Positions 17,198 to 27,225 are shown, counted from the stretch's first letter. The stretch: DNA of 51,840 bases from an uncultured Pseudomonadota bacterium (GCA_963843375.1 CAWJKT010000021.1:1-51840), one strand, 5' to 3'. The notes: a model not told the origin generated them from the letters alone. Program-made: numbers and translations.

Positions 17198-17567
17198 TCC
17201 AAATCCAAAACATAAATTTTCTAAGGGAAATAAGGCTAATCCTCATGGACGCCCCAAACTCACGCCAGAAGAACAAGCCATCCGCAAACTCACGAAAGCG
17301 GAAGTGGTTGAGATCACAAGCCTTATCCTCAAAGGGGATAGAACGGAACTTGAGGGACTCGTGAAAGCAATGGGCACCCCAATATTTCAAGCTATGATTG
17401 CCAGCGTTTCGGTGAAGATCATAAAGACAGGTGACATGGACGCATTGGACAAACTCTTGAACCGCCTTATCGGAAAAGTGAAGGAAGAGGTGGAAGTATC
17501 TGGGGAAGGGTTGCGCCCTGTCTTTTTGAAATTCGAGGATAACGGACGTCAAGCGAAACCTAAGTGA
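17190..17567 (+). CDS. terS: Terminase small subunit
   Basis: FSKGNKANPHGRPK motif, LLNRLIGK...VEVSG; directly upstream of and overlapping terL. Confidence 0.75.
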   Translation: MANPNPKHKFSKGNKANPHGRPKLTPEEQAIRKLTKAEVVEITSLILKGDRTELEGLVKAMGTPIFQAMIASVSVKIIKTGDMDALDKLLNRLIGKVKEEVEVSGEGLRPVFLKFEDNGRQAKPK

Positions 17568-18964
17568 ATGTCGAACCGATTGAGATAGGTCCGCAAAAAG
17601 GCCCACAGACTATTTTCTCGAAATGCCCTGCCGATATCGCGATTTACGGAGGGGCGGCTGGTGGTGGTAAGTCTTGGTCGGTTCTCTACGAAGCCTTACG
17701 AAACGTTGAAAATCCATATTTCACCGCTTTAATCCTTCGTCGCACAATCCCTCAAATCACGAATCCCGGTGGTCTTTGGGATGAATCCAAAAAGCTATAT
17801 TCTCTTGTGAATGGTTCGGCTAACAATTCTGCTTTGATATGGCGTTTCCCTTCCGGCTTTTACATCAAATTCGCCGGTCTTGAGCATGAGGATTCAAAGC
17901 TTGGCTTCCAAGGCGCCCAAATTCCCTATATCGCCTTCGACGAACTTACCCATTTCACAGAAACCCAGTTTTGGTATATGCAATCCCGTAACCGTTCGGA
18001 ATCGGGGGTTTCGGGATACGTCCGGGCAACCACTAATCCAGACCCGGATTCATGGGTGAGGAAATTCATTGATTGGTGGATAGGGCCGGATGGTTTCCCG
18101 ATTCCCGAGCGTGCGGGCAAACTGCGCTGGTTTATTCGCTTAAATGATGAAATTATATGGGCTAGCTCCAAAAAAGAGATATTCGATAAATACGGAGAAG
18201 GGCCCGAAATCCTGCCTCAAAGCGTGACGTTCATTCCTGCCAAGCTTGAAGACAACAAGATTCTGATGAAGAAAGACCCGTCTTATAAGGCGAAGCTTTT
18301 GGGGATGGGTCGGGTAGAACGAGGACGCTTACACGGTGGAAACTGGAATATCCGGGCTACGGCTGGCGACATGTTTGATCGTGACCGTTTCGAGATAGTG
18401 GAAGCTTTACCGCATGGCTGGATAGACCAAATCCGGTTTTGGGATAAGGCGGGCACGAAACCACGTGAAGGATTGGCGGTTCCTGATTGGACAGTAGGCC
18501 TAAAAATGCTAAAGTATCCCAACGGGCTTTACATCGTTTCCCACGTCGAGCGATTCCAGGATGAACCAGGGGAAGTGAACGAGGCCATTAAAAATATAGC
18601 GAAACAGGATGGGGTTTCGTGTAGGATAAAAGAGCAACAAGATCCTGGCCAGGCGGGGAAAGAGGAAGCGCAAAACTTTACCAAGATGCTTGGGAGTTTC
18701 ATTGTCCATACCCAGCCCTTTTCCAAGAACAAGGTTTTAAGGGCGGCCCCGGTTCGTGCCCAAGTATTCGCCCGGAACATCAAACTTTTGCGGGGACCGT
18801 GGAACGAAGCCTTTCTCTCGGAACTGGATTCCTGGACCGGCGACAAAGACGAAGTAGATGACCAAATCGACGCTTTCAGTGGGGCCTATAACGACTTAGC
18901 GGGAGTTCCAACCATGAGCATGGAAGCGGTGAATCGACAAGCCCGTATTTTAGGGAGACGTTAA
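17564..18964 (+). CDS. terL: Terminase large subunit
   Basis: Walker A YGGAAGGGKS, Walker B IAFDELTHF, RATTNP, nuclease RFWDKAGT...DWTVG...DDQIDA. Confidence 0.96.
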   Translation: MNVEPIEIGPQKGPQTIFSKCPADIAIYGGAAGGGKSWSVLYEALRNVENPYFTALILRRTIPQITNPGGLWDESKKLYSLVNGSANNSALIWRFPSGFYIKFAGLEHEDSKLGFQGAQIPYIAFDELTHFTETQFWYMQSRNRSESGVSGYVRATTNPDPDSWVRKFIDWWIGPDGFPIPERAGKLRWFIRLNDEIIWASSKKEIFDKYGEGPEILPQSVTFIPAKLEDNKILMKKDPSYKAKLLGMGRVERGRLHGGNWNIRATAGDMFDRDRFEIVEALPHGWIDQIRFWDKAGTKPREGLAVPDWTVGLKMLKYPNGLYIVSHVERFQDEPGEVNEAIKNIAKQDGVSCRIKEQQDPGQAGKEEAQNFTKMLGSFIVHTQPFSKNKVLRAAPVRAQVFARNIKLLRGPWNEAFLSELDSWTGDKDEVDDQIDAFSGAYNDLAGVPTMSMEAVNRQARILGRR

Positions 18965-20800
18965 TTGCCAACTGAAACCCAGTACAAGAAAATACTCATG
19001 CCTAGTGGTGACGTGGCCTCATTGGTGGGTGAAGATAGAACATACCGCAATCCGATCATCAACGATAAAAACCTAGTTTCAAACGTCCAAGGGGCTATGG
19101 GATTCTGGCAGACCAACCCTTTCGCGGGGCCGCAATCAGCGAACATGCCGGGACAGTCTATCCTTTCCGATATTGACACCTTTAACAAGAACCTCCGCTA
19201 TTACTTCGTTTCCCAATTCAGGCAGACACTTTCCCAAGCTTACGTTGAATATGGGCTTGTCCGCACGATCATTGACGTTCCCGTGGAAGACGGCTATCGC
19301 GGGGGCGTGACGTTTAAGACCGACGAACTGGACGAAGAAGACCTTATCAAGCTTTTAAAGCACATGAAGCGCCGTGGGGACTTCCAATGCTCGATGCGAG
19401 GGCAGAAGTGGGGTTCGTTGTTCGGCGGGGGTGGAATTATCTGTTTCGTGAGCGACCAAGACCCCGAAGAACCGCTTGACCTTTCCAAGATAGGGCCAAA
19501 CTCTAAAATCGAGTTCCGGGCCGTGGACTTGTGGGAACTGTCACCCAATAACATGAACGTGAATGAAGGCGACCCGGCGCAACAGAATCTTAATTACGAT
19601 TGGTTCCAGTATTACGGCGAGAAGGTCCACAAGACTCGGGTGAAGATGACGTTTGGCGAGGAAGTCCCAAGCTTTGTGCGGCCACGGTTGCGGGGGTGGA
19701 AGGCTTCCAAGGTCGAGCGCCTTATCCGGTCAATCAACCAATACCTCAAGCGGACTGATTTAGTTTTTGAAGTGCTGGACGAGTTTAAACTTGACGTTTT
19801 CATGATCGAAGGCTGGAAGCAGTCTTTGGCGACCCCTGAAGGCGAGGCCTTGGCCCTCAAACGGATTCAATACGCCAACGGGCGAAAGAACTACCTTCAC
19901 GCCACTATCCTTGACGTTTTGGACAAGTTTGAACAAAGGATGTTGAACTTCTCAGGACTTGCGGAAGTGGGCGAGGATGGACGGCTTCAAATAGCGTCCG
20001 ACATGAGAATGCCCCTCACGAAAATCTTTGGTATCAGCGCCCAGGGATTCAATGCCGGCCAGGAAGACCTCGAAAACTATAACATGATGGTCGAGGCCAC
20101 GGTACGGGAAGCGGCAAGTGACATCGTTATTTGGATGGCTGAAATTCGATGCGCTGAACTATTCCAGGTTATCCCCGAAGACCTTGAGGATGAATGGAAA
20201 CCTTTGCGGGTGATGACTTCACTCGATGAGCAAACGGTCAAGACGGGCAAGGCCACGATTATCGACAACGCCCGCAACCGCGGCGATATAACCCTTGAAG
20301 AGTACCGGGACGCTGTGAATGCCGGGAAACTGATGGACGTGAAGCTTGAAAACTCACCCGCAATCTTGACCGAACTCGAAACTGTTCAAGAAGAAAAGAC
20401 GGCGGCCGCCACGGATGAGAAAGGTGGTGAAGCTGGCAAAAGCGGTGGGAAAGCTGCCGAAGTACCGAGCGCCAAGGATGCCCCGAAGAAAGGGAAAGCG
20501 GTCGGCAATCTATTCCAGCGCATTATGAACGCCGTGGGAGTCCAACCAGGCGGGAAGTATATGTTCGAGTTTAAGAAACTCAAGAACGACAAAGACCCCG
20601 AACATGTGGAGACTTACGAAAACCTCAAGGATGAATACGAACACGATCACGGGACTTTTGAAATGACGAACGAGGAAGCGTGGGCGGCTCATGTTGAAAA
20701 TGGGCCGATATGGAAAAAGGCGAAGGAAGCGGTTCAAAAGGAGTACGGGGAAATACGCTGGCCGGTAGTTCAATATTTGTACAAAAAGCTAGGAGGGTAG
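18965..20800 (+). CDS. Portal protein (DUF1073 type) with a C-terminal extension
   Basis: Position after terL; IIDVPVEDG, FSGLAE...MPLTKIFGISAQGFNAGQEDLENY. Confidence 0.9.
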   Translation: MPTETQYKKILMPSGDVASLVGEDRTYRNPIINDKNLVSNVQGAMGFWQTNPFAGPQSANMPGQSILSDIDTFNKNLRYYFVSQFRQTLSQAYVEYGLVRTIIDVPVEDGYRGGVTFKTDELDEEDLIKLLKHMKRRGDFQCSMRGQKWGSLFGGGGIICFVSDQDPEEPLDLSKIGPNSKIEFRAVDLWELSPNNMNVNEGDPAQQNLNYDWFQYYGEKVHKTRVKMTFGEEVPSFVRPRLRGWKASKVERLIRSINQYLKRTDLVFEVLDEFKLDVFMIEGWKQSLATPEGEALALKRIQYANGRKNYLHATILDVLDKFEQRMLNFSGLAEVGEDGRLQIASDMRMPLTKIFGISAQGFNAGQEDLENYNMMVEATVREAASDIVIWMAEIRCAELFQVIPEDLEDEWKPLRVMTSLDEQTVKTGKATIIDNARNRGDITLEEYRDAVNAGKLMDVKLENSPAILTELETVQEEKTAAATDEKGGEAGKSGGKAAEVPSAKDAPKKGKAVGNLFQRIMNAVGVQPGGKYMFEFKKLKNDKDPEHVETYENLKDEYEHDHGTFEMTNEEAWAAHVENGPIWKKAKEAVQKEYGEIRWPVVQYLYKKLGG

Positions 20801-20803
20801 GCT

Positions 20804-21418
20804 ATGGCGCAAGAGTTTGGATTCTTAACTTTGGACACGCTGAAACACGCAATCATCAAGGACCGCCTCAAGAGCTTCAATGGGAATCAGACCAAGACGG
20901 CGCAGTCCCTTGGAATCAGCCGGGTTACGCTGGACAAAGCCATCGAGGACTACGAAAAGAAAGACGCCGCCGAGAAGGCCACCATCGAAGCCAATCAAGC
21001 CAGGTTAAACCTCATTTACAAACAGACCAGGGGAAGCGGTTGGGAATTTGACCCAAACACCGGAGACAGCTTTCCGGTTAAGACCGAGGGAATCCCGCCC
21101 GTGAAGTTGTTCAAGCGTCCCGATGAAACGGAACCTTTGGCGACCGAAGCCACACGAGTCAATGATCAAATCCGACAAGGCACTCAACTACTTCGTGACC
21201 CGAAAGCGCCGCCCGACCGTTCTGGAAATAGCGTGGTGAACATCCAGACCGAGGCCACGAAAGAGCATGAGCGTTTTAAAGGACTCGACTTGACGCCGCT
21301 ATCCGTGAGGAAAGGGTTAGATCACCGAGGACAGGACACGCAAGCCAAGCCGCAAGAGAAGCCTAAAGCCGAAAAGCCAAAGGGCAAGCGTGAGAAGGCA
21401 GGAAGGAAGGCCTCATAA
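20804..21418 (+). CDS. Protein with N-terminal Fis-type HTH
   Basis: TLDTLKHAIIKDRLKSFNGNQTKTAQSLGISRVTL matches the Fis/NtrC C-terminal HTH pattern; RBS GGAGG. Confidence 0.75.
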   Translation: MAQEFGFLTLDTLKHAIIKDRLKSFNGNQTKTAQSLGISRVTLDKAIEDYEKKDAAEKATIEANQARLNLIYKQTRGSGWEFDPNTGDSFPVKTEGIPPVKLFKRPDETEPLATEATRVNDQIRQGTQLLRDPKAPPDRSGNSVVNIQTEATKEHERFKGLDLTPLSVRKGLDHRGQDTQAKPQEKPKAEKPKGKREKAGRKAS

Positions 21419-21612
21419 TGGCAGCTTTAGTTAAAGTCTTTAAAGTAAAGGTGATTAGGACAACTATGGATAAATTGAAACCAGGTGAACTTTTCTTTTT
21501 AAGAGATACTGGAATCCAAGACAATGATTTAGTTATTTATAAAACCTTAGGAAAGCCTGAAAAGCTTGATGGAAAAAGAAAGTTCCGTGTGCCCGCAATT
21601 CGGTTGAAATGA
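21418..21612 (+). CDS. Small AT-rich hypothetical protein
   Basis: Coupled at both ends (TAATG, ATGA). Confidence 0.6.
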   Translation: MAALVKVFKVKVIRTTMDKLKPGELFFLRDTGIQDNDLVIYKTLGKPEKLDGKRKFRVPAIRLK

Positions 21613-22604
21613 TTATCCGCAAACTCTCGCCCGTTCGTGCCCCATCCTTTGAACTCCAAGCCATAGAGAAACGTCTCAAGGCTTTGTGGTGGGAGTTATT
21701 CTTCAAGCCGTTACTTCAAGGCGAGAACCTGCCCGAAGAAATCAAGAATGAAACGCCGGCCTATCCAGCCATTGAACTCGCCTTATCCAGTGGACGCCTC
21801 ACTTTCAACAATGGAATATTTTCGGGAAAGTTCAACGCCGCCGTATCGCGTGAACTGAAAAAACTTGGCGCTTGGTGGCAATCGAAGGACTCTACTTTCC
21901 ACTTGGCGACCGATAAAATACCAGTCCAAATCACCCGGGCGATCGAACTCAGCGAAACCCGTTTTGTAAAGAAGCTGGACAAATTAGACGCAAAACTTGT
22001 AAACATTCTGGACAAAAAGGTCTGGAAGCAATTTTCTTTGACGGATTTATTTGACAAAGCAATCTTTCGGATGGATAAAGAGTTCAGGAAGAATGTCGAG
22101 ACCGTAACGATTCAACCCAAGGTCACGGACTTCCAAGCAAAAAAGATTTCCGAAGAGTGGGAGGACAATCTCGAACGGGACATAAAAAAGTTCACCGAGA
22201 AACAAGTCCAAGACCTTCGGGCCTTAATCAAAGAGTCCTACTTCAAAGGCGATAGGTACGGCTCACTGATAAAGGCGATTCAAAAGATCAAGAACGTTTC
22301 CGACACGAAAGCGGAGTTCTTAGCGAGGAACGAAACCCGAAACCTCGCGGCGGCCTACCAAGGCGCAAGATACGTTGAAGCCGGGATTCCAGGGTATCAC
22401 TGGCATGCAGTAGCGGGAACGATAGACCACCCAACCCGCCACCGGCACAAGGAACTTTCGGAGATGTCGGCCAAGGGAAAAGTTTTTTACTGGGATGACC
22501 CGCCCAGGACGACAGAGGAAGGGCAACCGGCCCGGTACAACAATCCGGGGGAAGATTATAACTGCCGATGCTCGGCGACCCCGGTTTATGAGGGGAAAAA
22601 GTAA
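21609..22604 (+). CDS. Head morphogenesis protein (Mu F / SPP1 gp7-like)
   Basis: AEFLARNET...YHW...TRHRH...GKVFYWDDPP...PGEDYNCRC. Confidence 0.92.
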   Translation: MIIRKLSPVRAPSFELQAIEKRLKALWWELFFKPLLQGENLPEEIKNETPAYPAIELALSSGRLTFNNGIFSGKFNAAVSRELKKLGAWWQSKDSTFHLATDKIPVQITRAIELSETRFVKKLDKLDAKLVNILDKKVWKQFSLTDLFDKAIFRMDKEFRKNVETVTIQPKVTDFQAKKISEEWEDNLERDIKKFTEKQVQDLRALIKESYFKGDRYGSLIKAIQKIKNVSDTKAEFLARNETRNLAAAYQGARYVEAGIPGYHWHAVAGTIDHPTRHRHKELSEMSAKGKVFYWDDPPRTTEEGQPARYNNPGEDYNCRCSATPVYEGKK

Positions 22605-23726
22605 ATGGGCCTCGGACAACGCTTTTACGTGATGCACATTTGCGAAGGGGTGGCGAACTACCCCGAAAACGAGGAGATGCTTTTAATCCGTGAAGAAGCC
22701 CTTCGACGGATGGACCCTACGATGGAAATGGTCCCAGTGGTTTTTAACATGGACCACTTAACCTTGGAGCAGGGCGAAGAAATAGCAAGGTCCAAGAAAA
22801 AAGGGGCCAACATTGAAGGAGTGGCGAGGAAGTCCTTCTTCAATGAGTTTGATGGGCGCCACTGGGCAGAGATTTTAGTTTGGGACGAAAAGGCTCTTGC
22901 GGCAATCAACGGCGGCGGTTACGGAGTTTCTAACGCCTACGTGATAACTGGAAAGGCCCCAGGTGGTGAGTACCACGCCACGCCTTACGATGTGGAAGTG
23001 ATGGACGGGGAATACGACCACATCCTGATTACGAATATACCCCGGTACGAAGAGTCAAAAAGCATCGGGTTCTTGACGCCGGAACAATTTCAGGCGTATA
23101 ACGAGAAGCGGAAAGAGCAATTAGCTTTAGTCACAAATTCAAAGGAGTCGTCCATGGCTTTCAAATTGTTCGAGCGCAAAGCGGTTGATGGGTTCAAAGG
23201 ATTCGAGGGGCAGGAAGTCGAACTTCCGAAATCCAAAAAGACTGTTTTGATTACCAACGTCCTTAATGCCGCCGACGAGCAAATGGCGAAAGAGGAATCG
23301 GGCGATATGTACGCCAACATGGACCACAAGGTCAAGCTGTTCGATAACTCCATCTGCAACGTGGGCGAACTTCACGAGAAGTATAAGGCGGCCATGGAAG
23401 AGAACAGCCGCTTGAAAAACGAAAACGCCGAATGGGAAAGCGTCGCAGATGGAAACGACGACATTCACAAAAACGAAACGCCAGAAGAAAAGGCTGAGCG
23501 TGAGAAGAAAGAAAACGAGGCAAAGGAAAAAGAAAAAACCGAGAACGAAGCCAAAGAAAAAGAGAAGATGGACAACCAAAAACGCATCAAGGAAAAGGCT
23601 GAGCGCATCCGCAATGCCCATGTTCTCCATGACTCCAAAGTCAATATGGACGATGACGAAATCCAGCCCGAAATCAAAATGCAACGTGACCGGGTTGTGA
23701 ACCACCAAGTAACCGAGAAGAAGTAG
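22605..23726 (+). CDS. Prohead protease / scaffold (DUF2213-like)
   Basis: Position before the capsid genes; GVSNAY...YDHILITNIPRYE; charged coiled-coil C-terminal half. Confidence 0.75.
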   Translation: MGLGQRFYVMHICEGVANYPENEEMLLIREEALRRMDPTMEMVPVVFNMDHLTLEQGEEIARSKKKGANIEGVARKSFFNEFDGRHWAEILVWDEKALAAINGGGYGVSNAYVITGKAPGGEYHATPYDVEVMDGEYDHILITNIPRYEESKSIGFLTPEQFQAYNEKRKEQLALVTNSKESSMAFKLFERKAVDGFKGFEGQEVELPKSKKTVLITNVLNAADEQMAKEESGDMYANMDHKVKLFDNSICNVGELHEKYKAAMEENSRLKNENAEWESVADGNDDIHKNETPEEKAEREKKENEAKEKEKTENEAKEKEKMDNQKRIKEKAERIRNAHVLHDSKVNMDDDEIQPEIKMQRDRVVNHQVTEKK

Positions 23727-23728
23727 GC

Positions 23729-23815
23729 ATGGACCCGAAGCTGAAGGCGGCATTAAAGATTATCCTTCAGCACTTGCAGGGAATTGTAGCGGAGTTGAAA
23801 AAAGTAGTGGAGTAA
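23729..23815 (+). CDS. 28-aa amphipathic helical peptide (not in the ORF track)
   Basis: MDPKLKAALKIILQHLQGIVAELKKVVE begins 2 nt after the upstream stop. Confidence 0.35.
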   Translation: MDPKLKAALKIILQHLQGIVAELKKVVE

Positions 23816-23928
23816 GTTTAAGCAGAATGCTTTAGGAAACCATCGGCAACCCCGTAAGGGAATCGCCGGTTTCTCCCTCCTCAAGTCTCCTGAAAGGGTC
23901 TTAGACCCATAATCTCAGGAGGTTTCTC

Positions 23929-24723
23929 ATGGCTGTCACCGCAGGCGCACTCTCAATCGTGAAAGTTACCGCAACTCAAGCCCAGCTTTTAAGCGCGGCG
24001 GCCACTGGCGGAACCGGCCCATATACCTATCAGTGGTACGTTTCTTTCTCCATCGGCTTTACTGCCGGAACTTCTTATCTCATCCCTGGCGCAACCACCC
24101 TGGCTTACACCTATACCGGCATGCTTCCGGCCACGGATTATTATTTCGCCGTGATTGCCACGGACACCGGAGCCGGGTCCGCAACTTCCACTTCTTCAAC
24201 CTTGACGGTCTTGACGAACGCTGGAACTCAGCAAGAAATAAACCAGTTCCAACAAACGCCTACCTTGGGGCAGATCACCTCAAGCCTGAATACGGGGACA
24301 CGTTCCGCCGTTGTGGACGGTTCTTATTCCACCACTTCCAGCTTTCCTCCGGGCACAGCCTTGAAACAAGTCAATGCCGATAATTTCACGGCGGGTGAAG
24401 GGCTTAACACTATCCCTCACGTTGTTCCTTGTACTTCTGCAACTGCCGATACGGTCTTTGGTTTCGCCCAGTATTCCATGAAAGACCAAGTTTTTATCAC
24501 AGGTTCACCGCTTGAGGCTTCTCAATCTGGGAATACGCAATGGCTCATGGCGACAGCTTCCGGGAACGCAGGCGCCCCGGCCATGCTGGACGTGACGATT
24601 CCTGGCGGTGTAACCCCGATCACCGGAAACTCGGACGTGGTTGTCGGTAACTTCATTGACCAGCCGACTGTCGGAAACTTGGTTCGAGTGGCTATTAACT
24701 TGGTGCCTCGTACCACGGCCTAA
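23929..24723 (+). CDS. Capsid decoration/cement protein with N-terminal FN3-like domain
   Basis: Position before the MCP; ATGGTGPYTYQWY...GMLPATDYYFAVIATD; RBS GGAGG. Confidence 0.75.
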   Translation: MAVTAGALSIVKVTATQAQLLSAAATGGTGPYTYQWYVSFSIGFTAGTSYLIPGATTLAYTYTGMLPATDYYFAVIATDTGAGSATSTSSTLTVLTNAGTQQEINQFQQTPTLGQITSSLNTGTRSAVVDGSYSTTSSFPPGTALKQVNADNFTAGEGLNTIPHVVPCTSATADTVFGFAQYSMKDQVFITGSPLEASQSGNTQWLMATASGNAGAPAMLDVTIPGGVTPITGNSDVVVGNFIDQPTVGNLVRVAINLVPRTTA

Positions 24724-24792
24724 GAAAAATTCGTGAAGTTTTGAAGTTGAAAAAAAGATTTTAAACGCAGTCAAAAAATTGGAGGTAGCAAG

Positions 24793-25890
24793 ATGGCATT
24801 AGTTCTTAACAAACTGGGAAAGCCGCTCCGTCACATCATTCGGAATCGCAAGACGGGGGAACCTGTCATCTTGAATAAGCGGGAACAAAAGACCGCCGAT
24901 TACCAAGAGGACTACATCAAGAACGTCCTCGGCTTCGATGTTCCCATTACCACCATGACGACAATCGCCAGGGAAATCACGGAACAGGTTTTCTACGAAA
25001 TCGACCCGACCCTTTACGTCCCGACCGTAGAAGGTCAAGGCGCATGGTCCGATCAAATTCTGACCTACCGTTCTTATCAAATCGGAGACAGCTTCGAGAC
25101 TGGCATTTCCAACATGGCGCAGAACAATGCCCGCATCGAGAACGTTGATGCTGGTATCGACTCCGTGAAAATCCCGGTTTACTTGTGGGACAAGACAATC
25201 ACCTGGTCCATTCCCCAAATGGAAATGGCGGCCAAGGCCGGAAACTGGGATTTGATTGGGACTCTTGAGGAAAGCCGCAAGACCAACTTTGACTTGGGTA
25301 TTCAGCGCATCGCCTTCTTGGGAGGCCAAGGATTCCAGACGATTCAATCCAACATGTACGGGCTTTTGAATCTCCCGAACGTTAATGTAGATACCTCGGT
25401 CTTCACAGCGGCGGGTAACGTGGAAATCAGCGCCATGTCCGTGACCCAGTTGAACACTTTCGTCGCCAACCTCGTGAACGTCTACCGTATCAACTCAAAC
25501 CGTACTGCGTGGCCGACCCACTTCTACGTGCCGGAAGACGACTATATTGGCATGGGAGGAACTCAGTATTCCCCGACCTTCCCGATTGGGACTACGTTGG
25601 AGATTTTGGAGAAGGCTTTCAAGAAACAAATCCCGAACGGCGGATTTAAGGGTATCTTGCCCATTGCCTATGCGATTCCAGCCAACAGTTTCGGGGCCTT
25701 GTCAGTTCACACCTATATGCTCGTGAACCACAACGTCAAGACTTTCAACATGCAGTTGCCGGTTCCTTATACTACGACCGTCCCGAACAGCCTGAACAAC
25801 TTCCAGCTTCAAGACGTGGGGTATGCCCAGTTCACCGGAGTTCAGGCGATCAAGCCTCGGGAACTCTGCTACTTCACGGGGACTTTCTAA
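24793..25890 (+). CDS. Major capsid protein (DUF2184-like, HK97 fold)
   Basis: 365 aa, RBS GGAGG, IAFLG...YGLLNLPNV, followed by a terminator. Confidence 0.88.
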   Translation: MALVLNKLGKPLRHIIRNRKTGEPVILNKREQKTADYQEDYIKNVLGFDVPITTMTTIAREITEQVFYEIDPTLYVPTVEGQGAWSDQILTYRSYQIGDSFETGISNMAQNNARIENVDAGIDSVKIPVYLWDKTITWSIPQMEMAAKAGNWDLIGTLEESRKTNFDLGIQRIAFLGGQGFQTIQSNMYGLLNLPNVNVDTSVFTAAGNVEISAMSVTQLNTFVANLVNVYRINSNRTAWPTHFYVPEDDYIGMGGTQYSPTFPIGTTLEILEKAFKKQIPNGGFKGILPIAYAIPANSFGALSVHTYMLVNHNVKTFNMQLPVPYTTTVPNSLNNFQLQDVGYAQFTGVQAIKPRELCYFTGTF

Positions 25891-25914
25891 GACTCAAAAA
25901 AACTTAAACGGCTG

Positions 25915-25951
25915 AAAAGGGGGGCGGGATTCAGGGTCCCGTCCCTTTTTT
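25915..25951 (+). terminator. Intrinsic terminator after the MCP
   Basis: GGGGCGGGA-ttcaggg-TCCCGTCCC hairpin followed by a T run. Confidence 0.85.
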
Positions 25952-25965
25952 GTTTCAGGAGAAAT

Positions 25966-26718
25966 ATGGCGCTTTCAATCGGTTCACCAATCCAAGTCGC
26001 TTTGACGGACACCACGGCCAGTCTTTCGGTTCCAGTGGCCACTGGTGGAACTGCGCCTTATTCCTATCAATGGTATCGGGATACTTCTCCTACATTCACG
26101 CCTTCAAGCGCCAACATTCTTACGGGCCAAACGGCCACGACTATCATTGACGGTGCGGCCCCTAATCCGCTTCAACCCAATACCATTTATTATTATGCCG
26201 TTGTTGTTACGGACGCGACAACTCCGACGCCTTTGTCGGTTACGTCTTCCGTTCTCGGAATATGCACTCAATCCCAAGGAAACACGCTTTGGACGAATCC
26301 GGCCGTCACCGACTTCCAGAACTTTTACTATCGGGACTTCCCTTATGGGCCGAATATCAACACTCAAGTAACTAACACGGACATCTTGAAGGCTTACCAA
26401 CAGGCAAACCTATCCATCAACCAAATCAACTATTTGAAGCAAGGATCTTACACCCAAGGTTATCTATGGCTTTCAGCTCATCGGCTCTGCGTGAACATCA
26501 ATAACAGTTCCCAAGGCCTCAACGGACAATTCAACTGGGGCGAACAATCAAAGAGCGTTGGGGGCGTCTCGCAATCCTTCGCCATTCCCGAACAAGTCAC
26601 CAAGAATCCTGTATTCGCGGCTTTCACGAAAACCACTTATGGGGCTGACTATTTGATGGACCTTTTACCGAGACTGACCGGGGCCATGGGTTCCGTTGCC
26701 GGCCACACTAAACCTTAA
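25966..26718 (+). CDS. FN3-like domain fused to DUF4054 head-tail adaptor
   Basis: N-terminal ATGGTAPYSYQWY...LQPNTIYYYAVVVTD; C-terminal LWLSAH...SKSVGGVSQSF...TTYGADY. Confidence 0.8.
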   Translation: MALSIGSPIQVALTDTTASLSVPVATGGTAPYSYQWYRDTSPTFTPSSANILTGQTATTIIDGAAPNPLQPNTIYYYAVVVTDATTPTPLSVTSSVLGICTQSQGNTLWTNPAVTDFQNFYYRDFPYGPNINTQVTNTDILKAYQQANLSINQINYLKQGSYTQGYLWLSAHRLCVNINNSSQGLNGQFNWGEQSKSVGGVSQSFAIPEQVTKNPVFAAFTKTTYGADYLMDLLPRLTGAMGSVAGHTKP

Positions 26719-26727
26719 CGAGGATTT

Positions 26728-27225
26728 ATGGAATTTGAACCGGACAATATAAACCTCGAACCTTTGGAACGCTTCATAAAAGCGGTCAAGTCTAAGAATC
26801 CGCCCTATGCCAAAATCGGGATTCTAGGGACAACGGCACAACGCTCGAATGGGAAATCCACCAATGCGGAGATAGGTGCGGCCCATGAATACGGCTCACC
26901 CGAACACGGTTTGCCTATCAGGTCTTTTTTGAGAATGCCCCTTTCAACCCGATTGCCTAAGACCTTGGAGAATACTCCGCTTTTAGGGGACGACAAACTG
27001 AAAGAAGTCATCAAAGAGGGCACGTTCCGGCCTTGGATGGAAACTATCGCCACTTTAGCCGAAGGGGTTTCCAAAGAGTCGTTTGATTCCAATGGATTCG
27101 GGACTTGGGAAGAACTTGACGCCGATTACGCCGAATGGAAAGACCAATGGTTTGGAACCGATCAAATTCTTGTGGCGACCGGGCAACTCCGGGACTCGAT
27201 AACACATGAGGTAGTGGTCCCATGA
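26728..27225 (+). CDS. Neck / tail-completion protein
   Basis: NAEIGAAHEYG...PIRSFLR...LVATGQLRDSITHEV. Confidence 0.8.
   Translation: MEFEPDNINLEPLERFIKAVKSKNPPYAKIGILGTTAQRSNGKSTNAEIGAAHEYGSPEHGLPIRSFLRMPLSTRLPKTLENTPLLGDDKLKEVIKEGTFRPWMETIATLAEGVSKESFDSNGFGTWEELDADYAEWKDQWFGTDQILVATGQLRDSITHEVVVP

Noticed and set aside
7732..25347. Long minus-strand ORFs (e.g. 7732-8430, 10472-11251, 11617-12294, 23139-23753, 24799-25347)
   Set aside because: Antisense shadows of well-supported plus-strand genes, with no recognisable motifs
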